Assembly: GCA_030265395.1 (NCBI GenBank)
Contig: JARFYF010000059.1
Span: 21,634,135 to 21,698,134, forward strand
DNA: 64,000 nt
Origin: Rhina ancylostomus
Lineage: Eukaryota
Direction of reading: 5' to 3'
Each line of letters opens with the position of its first letter. Positions within the stretch are counted from its first letter, which is position 1. Made by a program: the position numbers and the translations under genes. This document shows positions 22,915 to 35,245 of the stretch, piece by piece. The notes under the pieces were generated by a model, which saw only the letters and a program-made list of their open reading frames with translations, did not search any database and was not told the origin of the DNA.

Positions 22915-25490
22915 CAGTAATAAGTCATTTACCCTCTCCAGCCTCTACCACTATTCAATTAGGTTATGGCTGATCTGTGACTTAATTCCAGATATCCTTT
23001 TCTGGATTATAATCCTGTTACTTTGATTAGCAAAAATCTATCAGTTTGACAGTTAAAATTAACTTGGCATCTATTGCCATTTGTGAAGGAGCGTTCCAGT
23101 CCTAGAACACTGGTGCCTGAAAAGACTGAGTGCACTGTGGCTCAATGAAGGCTTTTTACAACGATCCACTACTACAGTGTTTCATAGCACATGTGACTCT
23201 TGGCATAATGTACCAATTGGGTACTTGCCTTTGGATCTGGCCTTGCACATCTTGTATGCTTAAATGCTTTCTCTTCTGCCTGAATGGCCTGCCAGTGGAT
23301 GGCAATTTGCATCTCCTGGTGCCTTTGCATTAGTGCATTAGCCTCACAGAGGACCCAAAACCAAAATTATGTCCTCTGTGAATCTTGCAGTAAATCTCCG
23401 ATGCACCTTACTGATATTTATTATGATTGAACATTCGTCATGGAGCCCATGAATGTGCTATATGACAGAATTTCTAGGCCCCAAATTGTTATTCCCTTTT
23501 AGGTATAAATTAGCTGCTTGCCCAGTGTAATTATTTCTCTTTATCTAACATATCAATTCCCCTTAATATCTTGAAGATTTGATCAAATCATCTGTTAAAC
23601 TTCTGAATTCCAGGAAAATCAACCCCAGATTATGTAATCCCTCTATAATTTTTCCCATGGAGTCCTCATATCATTCTTGTACACTTTCACTGCACTCCCC
23701 ACAAAACCAATGCATCTTTTCTAAGGAGAGATACCCAGAACTCCAGGTGTGGTCAAATGAGGGCTTTGTACAGGTGTACCATAACGTCTACCTACTTGTA
23801 CCTCTGTCCTCTTACATTTATTAGCCTTTTGATTATTTTTCCACCTGGTCAATGACATCTTAATCATCTGTGTACATGCTTTCTAAGTTTTGTTAAAATT
23901 TCACTGATTCTAGATTTTCACCAGATATAATGAATTATGTTCTATCCTTTTTAGGTCCAAGTTGAACCACCTCACGTATACCTTCATTGAAATCCATTCA
24001 TCTCAGTTTTAACTATTTACTTAACCTATTGTCTCTTTGTAACTTAATGTNNNNNNNNNNNNNNNNNNNNNNNNNNNATGCCGTTTGAGTTTCTATCATA
24101 AATAAAACAGGATTTTTGGCTTTCCTTCCCATCATGTAACTCATTTATAAATATGGTGACCAATTGTAGTGCCAATAAAGATCCTCACAGGACCCCACTT
24201 ACTGCAGGATCTATAAGATGTGGTAAGTATCCCTACTCTGCTGCAGCTTAGGAAAATTTCCAACCAAATCAATAATTTGCCTTCATGACCTTAAACTTCA
24301 GCTTATGAGTTAGTTTATCAAATGCCTGTTGAAGTCCATATAAATAATATCCAGACACATTATCAGGTGCCTCTTTAAAAAAATTCAGTTAGATTTGTCA
24401 GATATGACCTGCCTTTTACAAAAATGGGTTGATTTTCTCTAAACAGCTGAACATTTGGTAAATGCTCACTCACTCTATCCTTAATGATAGATTCTAATAA
24501 TTCTCTGATAAAAGGTCTCTAATTTCCTGGTTTCTCTCTCTTGCCTTTTTTAAAGAAGGGAGGGGCATGCTCAGTCTTCTGATCTAAAGGTTCCAGAATC
24601 AAGAGACTTCGGAAAATTATAATTAGATCATGTGCAATATTTATTCTGATTTCTTTTAAAATCCTCTGCTGAAAATTATCTGGTGCTGGTTATTTGTCAC
24701 TCTTTAATGCTATTATTATTACTGTTATTTAGCATATATTCATTTTGGTAAGTGTTCATCCTTTTCATTTGTTTCCTTGGAATATTTGGCATACTAACCT
24801 TATAAATGCTGCCACAAAGGAATTGTGTGACATGTTCACCATTTTCTTAAATACATTTACAAAAGCACTATTATCAATTTTCAAGAGATCCCATGTTCCA
24901 CCTGAATTTACTAATAAAACTAAAATATTCTGTGTTCCTTTGGATGTTTTATAGCAATTTTTTTTCATACTCACTTTTTGTAACTTTCTGTCCTTTTTTA
25001 CAACTAATGTTTTTTGCAGCTTCCTCAGTCACAGTGATCTATACTTTTTATATGCTTGCTCTTAATCTTATGTTGTCCCTTAACTCATAGTCAGACACAG
25101 CTGTTTTTATTTTTGATGATAGGTACAGCTGTTATCTCCTTGGAGTAAAAACTGGTCCTGAATCACTAAATCAATTTTTTTGTACACAGCCCGTGGGCAG
25201 TCTATCTTATAGGATGGAAGTAAGCCATTTCTATATCTGGAGTTTTAGATGTTGCTTTCCATTATTCTTTTTCAAACATTTTAAACTTGATCCTATTACA
25301 ATTGCCATCCGACCAATGCTCATATATTGTTAGGATGGTAATAGAGCCCAGTTCATTACTTATCGTTAAATGTAATACAAGCTCTCCCTTGTAGAATATT
25401 GGTGCACAGAACCATCCCAAAAACACAAAATTTACCAATCTTCTCACATGTCATTCTCTACTTGTCCCAATAAATATGAAAGTTGAAAGT
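22915..25490 (-). mobile_element. Fragmented old CR1 LINE, with an unrelated insert at about 23130-23480
   Basis: CR1 3' tail at 22915-23110. RT and endonuclease remnants at 23480-25490 (e.g. GDFQLSY-like near 25480). Confidence 0.7.
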
Positions 25491-26229
25491 CCCCTATTCA
25501 AACCACTTTAGCTCTAAGCATGGATATTTGACTCTGAGAAAGCTTTTTAGATATGGGGTGACATCACCGTCAAATCCAATCCAACGATCAGATGTGGAAA
25601 CCCTAGTTGATTATACGCCTTCCTAGCCTGAGGCCACTTGGTATGCTGCACATGTATAATAGACTCATGCCCGTACCTTTTCCGGTCCATGTAGCTGCCT
25701 GTATTGTGCTGGACAAAACATTCATCTGCTGAAAAAAGCTGCCTCACCACTGCCCACAAAGTTTGAATTAATGTTCTCCACGTGCCTGGATGGGTACAGT
25801 TGCAACTAGTCTATTATTTTTCCCTTTAACAGATTTGCCCAGTTTATCACAGGCAGCTTCTGCCCCACTACATGGAAGTCAGTGTTACCTTTATCTCAAA
25901 GCTGCATAGCTGTAATTGTTTTGCGTTTCTCCCTTTCAAAATCTACATTGAACTCAATCATTTTGGGCTTGATGTGAGATATATTTTTTCGGCATGTTTA
26001 CTAAGTTTGATGTGGCCAGAATAGAAGATATTACTGCAGCAAACTTGATAATGGTCAAGATTAAATAGTTCATTTCATCAGCAACTCACCCACTGCTGCT
26101 GATTACATTATAAAGAGGCAATATGTCGAAGTTAATGATGAAATATTCACTCCCTCTCACCATTTGTGCTCTATAGCTGCAGCATGTACCATCAGGAGGA
26201 TGCAGTGGAGGGTATTTAGGTTTAGGGCA

Positions 26230-26400
26230 CTGGCCTATCCCTAATTGTCCTTGATAAGGTGGTGGTGAGCTGACTTCTTGAACCACTGTGGAGATGACAC
26301 TTACGCAATGCTGTTAGCTCCACTGATGATGAAGGAATGGCAACATTTGTCCAAACCAGTATGGTTAATGTCCCAAGGCTACTTTGCCAATAACTCTCAA
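26230..26400 (-). mobile_element. LINE 3' end (QWFKKSAHHHL...) with the tail shared with the 18028 SINE
   Basis: Reverse complement GTGGTTCAAGAAGTCAGCTCACCACCACCTTATCAAGGACAATTAGGGATAGGCCA. Confidence 0.7.
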
Positions 26401-26404
26401 ACCT

Positions 26405-27140
26405 ACGCTTTGCCACCTGGTAGCAGTAGGGATACTGAGGAGCAGATTGGGAGGCAGATTTTGGAAAGATGCAAAAATAACAGGGTTATTATTGTGGGAG
26501 ACTTCAACTTCCCAAATATTGATTGGTACTTGCTTAGTGCCAAATGTTTAGACAGGGCGGAGTTTGTTAAGTGTGTCCAGGACAGATTTTGGTCACAGTA
26601 TGTTGACAGGCCGACTAGAGGAAATGTCATATTAGATCTAGTTTTAGGTAATGAACTGGGTCAGGTGACAGATCTATTGGTGGGTGAGCCTTTGGGGGCA
26701 GCGACCACTGCTCCATAACCTTTAGCATTGTCATGGACAGGGATAGGAGCAAAGAGGAAGGGAAGATATTTAATTGGGGAAAGGTGAATTATGAGGCCAT
26801 AATGTGAGAACTTGAAAGTGTAAATTGGGATGAGATTTTTGAAGGGAAATGTACTATGGAGATGTGGTCAATGTTCAGGGATCTCTTGCAGGATGTTAGG
26901 GATAAATTTGTNNNNNNNNNNNNNNNNNNNNNNNNNNNNNNNNNNNNNNNNNNNNNNNNNNNNNNNNNNNNNNNNNNNNNNNNNNNNNNNNNNNNNNNNN
27001 NNNNNNNNNNNATAAGCATATGGAGGAATTTAAGATAGAGGGATATGTGGGAGAAAGGGGTTAGATGGTCTTAGGTGTGGTTTGAAACGCACAACATGGT
27101 GGGTCGAAGGGCCTGTATTGTGCTGTATTGTTCTATGTTC
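26405..27140 (+). mobile_element. Relatively young CR1 LINE: APE endonuclease region and 3' tail flanking a 100-N gap
   Basis: QILERCKNNRVIIVGDFNFPNIDW...VDRPTRGNVILDLVLGNE. After the gap comes gggtcgaagggcctgtattgtgctgtattgttctatgttcta. Confidence 0.9.
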
Positions 27141-27400
27141 TACAACCTCTACCACCTTCAAGGATAAAAATAGAAGGTGCATTAGATTACATTTCCAGTG
27201 TCCCTTACTAGTTATATCATCTAGACATATATTGCTGTTTCTTCACTGATGTGGGTCAAAATCCTGAAAGTCCCAACACAATTGTGGGACTACCTTCACC
27301 ACAGGATCCGCAGCAGAGGAGAAGGCCCACCACTATCTTCTCACAACCACCAGGGAAGGGCAATAAACGCTGACCTTGCCACTCTCACTCTTACTCTAAG
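27140..27400 (+). mobile_element. LINE 3' end, same family as 26230-26400
   Basis: gggtcaaaatcctgaaagtccc...gaaggcccaccactatcttctc...gggaagggcaataaacgctgaccttgcc. Confidence 0.7.
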
Positions 27401-28427
27401 AAGAAAATTATGGAAGTAAACAGCCTTCAATGAGGTTGTTGTTAAATCAGATATCGGGAGCAATAAATTGTTAAATGTGTTGATTACTGAACTATCATTA
27501 AATTAAAGGGAAAGAGGAGTAAAACGGAGTAATAGACTGGTGATCAAACTATTTTTGGATTAGAGCAAGCACAAGGGTAGAATACACTAGATAAACTAGT
27601 GATTGAACTATTATTGAACTCTTATTATTGAACTATTGTTGTGTTAGAATGAAGGAGCAATGAACAGGCAATTAGGTTAATGACCAAACTACCACTGGGT
27701 TACAGCAAGAAAGCTCACAGAAAGCAGTGTTTCAAGCTGCTTTAAGCTCTTTTCATGGGTCAGCTTTTCACTCGCTTACTTCATTGGGATGTGGCTGGAT
27801 CCCTCTCTAACCCTGCTGAACAAACAAAAAATTCACTCAAACCACAAGTAGTTTGTGCTTGGAGGACTAAGATATCTTTCATTTGAGTGACTTTTTTAAG
27901 CTATTGTGCCCAGTTTAAGGAACAGGGTTACATCCCAGATGCAAGACTAATTAAGAGTAAAAAAGCATATTTTAGTTAGAAGTGACAGCAGCTTAATACA
28001 TACTCCAGATGAGTGGTTAGACAAGGCAGGAGTTTCTTTATTTGGATTGTATCGACTGGCAAAAGCCACTCTAAAATTTTGACTCATTGCTCTTTCCCAC
28101 TACTCCCCCAAATCCCTGCAGAGTTCAGGGATTTATGAGTAGGCCTTTATTCACAGTTGGCACCCCTCTACCTAGTTAAAATGCTTTGACCAGCAACAGC
28201 AGAAGCTTTCTCAGCGAGGACTCTGAATCTTGGCTAACAATCATATAATCTGATACAGGCAGAACCCTTCCAACATTGCTGGTGCTCCTTCCTCAACAGT
28301 CAACACCCAAGAGCTAGAATGCTTTCTGGGGCCATGTTTTGAGTTATCCAATGCACGATCAAACCACAAAGCATCAAAGGATGGCTAAGTACAAGTAATT
28401 GAGGCAACTTTCAACTTTGCCATCTCC

Positions 28428-28772
28428 TTGCAGCACAGTGGTGCAGTGAGTCGAGCTGCTCCCTCACAGCTCCAGTGACCTGGGTTTGATCCTGACCACT
28501 GGTGCTGTCTGTGTGGTGTTAGCGAATTCTCCCTGTGACCATGTGGTTTCGTCCAGGTGCTTCAGTTTCCTCCCACGTCCCAAAACTGTGCTGTTTGGTA
28601 GGTTAATTGTCCATCGTAAATTGCCCTAAGTGTGTGGGTGGGGCTTAGAATCTGAGGGAGTTGATGGGAGAGTGAGGAGAATAAAATGGGATGAGTGTAA
28701 ATGGATGCTTGATGGTAGCATGGACTTAGTAGGCCAAATGGCCTATTTCTACACCATATGACAGTATGACTG
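28428..28772 (+). mobile_element. Full-length HE1-type V-SINE
   Basis: gcagcacagtggtgcagtg head, gggtttgatcc B-box, ttctccctgtgaccatgtggtttcgtccaggtgcttcagtttcctcccacgtcccaaa V-domain, CR1-like tail ggccaaatggcctatttct...atgacagtatgac. Confidence 0.9.
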
Positions 28773-31700
28773 TAGCTAAGCTCCCCAGCTTGAGGTGACC
28801 GCTGCAGAACATTAAGTGATCAGCAGCGAGAAGTTGTAATTGACAAAGTAAGGCTCTGGCTGACATATCATAAAGTCCAGGCTCCAGAGCAACACCTAAA
28901 GGGTAAAAATTTCTCAGTGCTTCATTTCAGAACTCAAAGGTGCTGATGCACCCAACCCAGGCAACATGAGGCCTCAATTCTCACCTAAATAACCTGGAAA
29001 ATGATTGGACCTCAGCAGACAACTTCCCCCATTACAGGAGCAAACTTTAGGCCTCAGGCAAGTGCCGTGAAGAGGAAAAGGGGCAAGCCCACAGAAAGAT
29101 GGCTGTCAGCAGTGGTCCTTCAGAATCTTGTAGACCCAGTCCTCCTCCATCCTTTCCAAGATTTAAACAAAAATGTAGTTTGGCCGTATCTATCTTCACA
29201 AAAGCTGAACAGATCAGCACAATATTCTAGAGAGCTCTGAAAATGGATTTTGGGCCACTATTAACATGTAGAATGGGCCTAATGCCTGTTTTAGTCAGTC
29301 ATATACATGTCTGAAAAACAGCCAACATACCAGGTTGTTGGGCATTTTTTAACCATTATTGGTCTTCGAAATTGTCCCTTGTTATGCATGTTTTTTTACC
29401 GATAATTTCTAGGCATTTCTCAAAATGGTCAAAACTCCACAGCAACAACAGCTTGTCAGCCTGATCGGTGTAGGCCAGCTATCAAAACTCCAGTTTAACA
29501 ATTTTTGTAATTTTAGTTTGAAGGTATTGAGAGTAGAAAATGTGCCAACTTTTATGGATCTGAGCCATAACAAGCTAGCTGTGCTGTGATGTTTGAGGAA
29601 GCAGACTTTGAGCATGCAAAATTTTCTTTGTTTCTTTCTCCTGTACGATATTCAAGACCCGGATCCTAGCAGAGGAAATGGGAATCTTGTTACTAATTAT
29701 AGGTGGATTATGAAAGTAACTCATTGCAAACACAGCACTTGACTATGGTATCTCTCATAGCAGCTGTAATTTAGTCAGCAGTACTCTTGCCCTGAGTCAG
29801 GGGCTTCTGGGGTCAAGCCCCACTTTGGATCCTTCAGTTGCACTAATCCTCCAGAGTACTGTAGACCACACACAAATTAGCCTGAGGAGATGGGTGCATG
29901 TAAAACCTGTTTAACACCCAGTTGCCATTGGACTCCAGCCACTACATCTGTCAGAGACTGCCTGGTGCAGCAAATTGCACCCTTTTCAAAAAAAAGCACG
30001 CTCCACAAAATGGAAGTGCGGTCCACTGCAAGCCTGGCGAGGGATATCGAAGGAGCGTGACCTAAAAACCCACGATAAATAAACCAATTCCCAAACTGCG
30101 GTTAAAACAAACTCCAACTTCAGCTCATGTCATGCAAGATCCAAATTATGCAAGGTTGCTCAGGGATATGAGATAAAAACAAAGGTGTGCATTTATCTAG
30201 ATCTTAGCCTGTCCGAATCCACAGCAGCACCTGGGCCTAACCTCCTGCCACCACAAATACTGGCTTTCTAACATCCCAGGTAAACACACACTTCTTCATT
30301 CATCACCGCTCAATATTATTCCTCGGCACAAATATTGCTGGGCAGTGCAGGAAAGGAATGGAGAAGGAGAAATCTCTGTCTCCTACCCAAGGAGAGCACT
30401 GAAGCTGATGTGCAGTTGGAGAACAGAGCTCCATTTACAACACACGTGCAACGTATTCATTTTTTTTGTACAAATAAATCTGATCCCAAGACAGGTCCAG
30501 AGAGAAAAAAAACATCAAAACTTTCTCCATAGACAGGAGTGCAGTTTATGGCACAGACCACTCGATTCTATTTCAATCCAGATTAAATAACTCCTGAGCC
30601 AAGTAAGCTTTTAATTAAAAAATGTATAAACCTCGACCCAGGTTGGTACTAGATTTCAGGACTCTATGTCCATTAGTCTGCACATGTCAACAAGTGTTTG
30701 TGTTAAGTCTTTTAATCATTTTTTTCTGTGGAGATATATGCATTAGGTCACTGCTCCCTGCTGGGTCAACCACACCAAGCCTTCGAGGCATTCTCTTTTG
30801 TAGACACTAGGCCCCAATTAGAATTTCCTTGCATCATTGAGGAAAAGGCCATTATGATTTTCCGTTATTCCACAAAAGAAAATCCTGCTTGTCCCAGCCT
30901 ATCCCCTATTTAGCAATTGACAAAGTGAAACATCATCTGATGTTCTTCTTCTCATANNNNNNNNNNNNNNNNNNNNNNNNNNNNNNNNNNNNNNNNNNNN
31001 NNNNNNNNNNNNNNNNNNNNNNNNNNNNNNNNNNNNNNNNNNNNNNNNNNNNNNNNCTGATGTTCTTCTTCTCATATTTTCTTTATTTTTGGCCTCCTGA
31101 AGGACTGTTAAAGGCTTGGAGGCAGAGCAAGAGTGGCATTTAATCACAGTGCTGACAGAAAGCTGTCTTGCTTCAGACCCTAAGAAAAGCAAACAGTGGA
31201 TAAAGTTGGTCGGACCTGATTTCAGATAGAACAACATTCCCCTTCATTTTCTTTTTTTAAGAAGCTCTGTTCTTTCATCTGTTGAGTTAGCGGCTTGGGT
31301 GTCAGGGGACCAGCGTCTGGTCCAGCAGGCTACCTTGTCTTGTAGCAGGAAAAGGGTCATTTGCTCTGTCGTCTGGGGACAAAGGGGGAAGCGGGTGGGG
31401 GGGGGGGTTGAAAGCTAGGTAATTAGTATGGTCCTGATTCAGCTGCCTCCAAACAGAAAGAGTTCTTAACTCTTAAAATAACCCTCCTCAGCTGGGTAAC
31501 TTAGCAGTAAACTTCACAAGTTCTACAAACTAATAGATCATTTACAAAGCTAACATGTAATACTTTTAAAAAAAACTCAGAGATTCTAGCCATGTACCAC
31601 AGCATATATCGAGACATTACTACGATAGTCTGAAATTACATTTCTGTTTAAATTAAGGCTAACATTTATCGTCCCTACCAATTTTATACAACTATGTGGC

Positions 31701-32459
31701 TTGTAGGCCATTTCCGGGGCTGTTAAGAGGACTGGAGTCACAATAAACCAGGGAGGTAGAGAAGTAGCTTTCCTTACTGATAATGGCTTTTTATTTCCAG
31801 AGCTTTAGAACTAAATTAAGATAATTGGTCTACACCTTTGGATTGCTAGTCCAGCAACATAGTCACTGTGCTGCAATGTTGTACTATATTAATCAGTGTT
31901 CAATGCTAAAGTGAAGTAAATGGCCATTTACTCAGCATAGAACTGCATATAAGTGGGTCATTAAATAAAAAGTGAAATGTTGGTACAAAATGGGGGACTA
32001 ATCACACACATGGATGATGACGTTGTCCTCTTTCATACACATGGACTATCATTCCCAGTTTGAGCTTTGCCATATGTAAGTGCCCTGGAGTGACACTGCC
32101 CAGTTTTCAATTACCACAATTAATGGGAATTCCATCTCAAAAGTGGATGGTTAACTTGAAGTTGATAGACTTGGTTGCCTTGGGATTCCGCAATTGTTGA
32201 ATGACTTTTATAAGTCTTTCTGAGTATTGCAAACAGTGTCCTTACAGGTCCAAACCTGGAATCCTGTCTCTGCATGAACATCAACAACTTCTCAGGGATT
32301 GGGGTTAACAAAGTTCGAACCGCTTTATGCAGCATTTTGGTCTGAGATTAAAAAGGGATGAGACTTGCAATAAATTTCTTACAGATTAACTTCACTTTAG
32401 ACATATACACGAAAGCAAACTTATATTTCAGTTATTTCCCATCATATTTTGGTAATAAT

Positions 32460-32670
32460 TAAAAGCATTTTCAAGTGTAACTTTGATAAATGCTGCAGCT
32501 GTTTTACAAATAGCAAGATCCCACAATTGGAAGTGAAAAATATAACTTTAGTTCAGATAATTCGGTTAAGGGAGGAATACTGGGCAGGATCTTGGAAAAT
32601 TCTTTTTCAAGTAGCCACATGAATTCTGCAGCATCCATCTTAGATGGCAGAGAAGGCCCCAGGTTAACTT
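32460..32670 (-). mobile_element. DeuSINE fragment
   Basis: Reverse complement contains GTGGGATCTTGCT...AAACAGCTGCAGCATTT...TACACTTGAAAA of the Deu domain. Confidence 0.6.
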
Positions 32671-32699
32671 GTAGTATTTTTGGTTTTGCACACGATCAT

Positions 32700-33580
32700 A
32701 CTCCCTGACTCCTTGTAGTTTGTCAGTCTCTGCCGAATAAATATAATGAGTCCACCTACTCAGCTTTCTCGGGTAGAGAATTCAAGTGATTCACAATCAT
32801 GTGAGAGAAGAAATTCCTCATTTCCATCTTAAGTTACTCCTTATTTCTGATACAATGCTTGCTTGTTACAGGTATCCCCCTCAGCATCAACCCTATTCAT
32901 TTCCTTGAGAATATTTTTAAATAGATCACCCCTCATTCTTCCGCATTTCAATAAGTGTAGGACCAACCTGGTCAACCTCTCTTCATGTGTCAACACTCCA
33001 TCCTAGGAATCAACCCAATTAACTTACTCTGCACTGCCTCCAATAGAATTATATGTTTCGTTCCTTAAATATAGAGACCAAAACTGGATGCAGTACTCAA
33101 GGTTCAGTTACAAAANNNNNNNNNNNNNNNNNNNNNNNNNNNNNNNNNNNNNNNNNNNNNNNNNNNNNNNNNNNNNNNNNNNNNNNNNNNNNNNNNNNNN
33201 NNNNNNNNNNNNNNNGACCAAAACTGGATGCAGTACTCAAGGTGCAGTTACAAAACTTATATACTTTTATACTCTGCACCACTTGTATTGACGGCCAACA
33301 TTTTGTTCACCTTCCTAATTACTTGCTGTAATTTCATGTTATCCTTTTGTGTTTCATGTACCAGAGCTCCCAGATCACTTTGCACCTCAATATTTGGTTG
33401 TCTCACTCTGTTTAAGTAATAATCTGTTTTTTGATGCTTCCTTCTAAAGTGTATAACTTCACATTTTCTCACATCATTCTCTATCTTGCCCCTCACTGGA
33501 CCTATCTATGTCCCTTTGCAAGCTCTTTGTATCCTCCTTACAACTTGCTAACCTACCTACATTTGTATCATCAGCATGTT
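32700..33580 (-). mobile_element. CR1 LINE RT C-terminal fragment
   Basis: KCEVIHFRRKHQKTDYYLN...VQSDLGALVHETQKDNMKLQQVIRKVNKMLA. Confidence 0.88.
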
Positions 33581-34879
33581 CACAATCTGTTAGAACAGTT
33601 TGCTTTTTGGAGGGAATGTGTCATTTGAATACATTGCCAGCTGATTTAAATGCCAGCAATTCCATCAAATCAAAGCAGAGTGAAAATACTTCGATGTACA
33701 TAAAGAGTGAAATGGAAGGATTCTGAGGATCTCAATAAATAGTGTGCTTATGTCACAATATCAGAACAACCAGTAAAGTGATGTGGGGTGAAGAGGTGAA
33801 TCATTAATAATAGTATCCCAGTAGACTCTCCCAGCACATGTAGCCCTGAATCATAAGTGCTAATTCATTAAATCTAAGCCTTGGTTAATTATACAATAAT
33901 AAACATAATGTCAACTCAATGGTTATGTTCAGAATTCTCTTTCAGTACTTGAAACAGTAAAATGACATGATCTGCCGAAATGGTCTGCTCACTTGTTACA
34001 ATGGATGGGACAACTTGCTGCTGTTGTAGTACTTTGTTCCAGACACTGGGGGTCAGTCGAGGTGGGAATATGAAGCTGAATTCTGGATAATACCCACTGC
34101 TGAAACTGCAACATTTTTGTTCACTGGTTTTGAGAACAGAAATTTGCTTTTATTTAGGAATGTTTTTTTCTACCCTCTTATTTCTTCCCTCTGGCATACT
34201 TTTTGCTAGGTATGGAAGACCTTCTGGTATCTCACCCAATCCTCCCTGTGAGAAGTTCTGTAAAGTCTTTTTCAAAAGTGATTGCCGTAGGGAGAATTAG
34301 AAAAATAACTGGAGCTGCAGAAGAGGGCTGTCAATTTATTTGCAGCTCCTGTAGGCTACAAGATTAGGCCCAGATATGATGCCCCTCACAAAGTGGCACA
34401 TTGCCAACACTCTTACTTGATGGTTCCCAGAGGAGAGGAGGAAGACAAAAGGAGGACAAAAGTGTGTGGAAATATGGAAATGGGGTTGGGGGGAAGTTAC
34501 ATGCAAAAATTAATTTCAGTAGTTGGCAAAATTTTTGTTAAGCTGCATCCAGTGGATTGATTGCAAATTTCCAAAAACTCACAGCTCTGCAGTAAATAAA
34601 AGGAAATTCTCTGAATATGGGAGTATTCTCACATCAGTTATGTATTACTTTATGAAGCAACGGGGATGTCATCAGCTTCCACTCCATGGAGCCAGATAAA
34701 ATCACTTCAGTTGTACGGTTGTCAGCTCTAACATAAAGTAAATGCGGTAATGGGTAATGGTGGCGGGGGTGATGGGGGGATCACTTTGGACAAAGGCTGT
34801 AGTTTCCCTTGCACAGAAGAAAGTGATTAAGATGGATAAGATAGAACTTTGGGATTCCTGAGGCAGACTGCTTACACCT

Positions 34880-35245
34880 GGGATGTTAGCATTCTCTGAG
34901 TCAGAAGACTATGGGTTCAAGCACTTCTCTGCAGATCTGAGCTCATAATTTAGGCTGAAGAAGTGTTGGAGGTCTTCTGGATGAGATGTTAATCTGAGTG
35001 TCCTCTCGAGTGGATGTCAAAAGATTCACAACATATTTGAAGAAGAGCAAAGCAATGATCCCTGAGAAATTCTTATACTTCATCTAACATCATTGCAACA
35101 GATTATCTGGTCATTATCATATTAGTGTTTTTGAATTTTAATGTGGCTAGTGTGCTCCTAAAACAACTGTTCAAATTTAAAATTGCCTCTAAAAATATTT
35201 TGGATGTTCTGAGGTTGTGAGCAATACTGTGATATCCTTTTTTTT
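34880..35245 (+). mobile_element. DeuSINE (SacSINE1-like)
   Basis: ctctgagtcagaagactatgggttcaag head, gtggatgtcaaaagattc, tttgaagaagagca, acagattatctggtcattatcatatt, ctgaggttgtga tail. Confidence 0.8.

Noticed and set aside
28428-28500. tRNA gene (also the heads at 60-131, 18028 and 48520)
   Set aside because: The A/B boxes continue into SINE bodies and no intact cloverleaf forms.
28898-29380. Possible MITE with GGGTAAAAATTTC...GAAATTGTCCC ends
   Set aside because: The inverted match is short and imperfect, with no clear target-site duplication.
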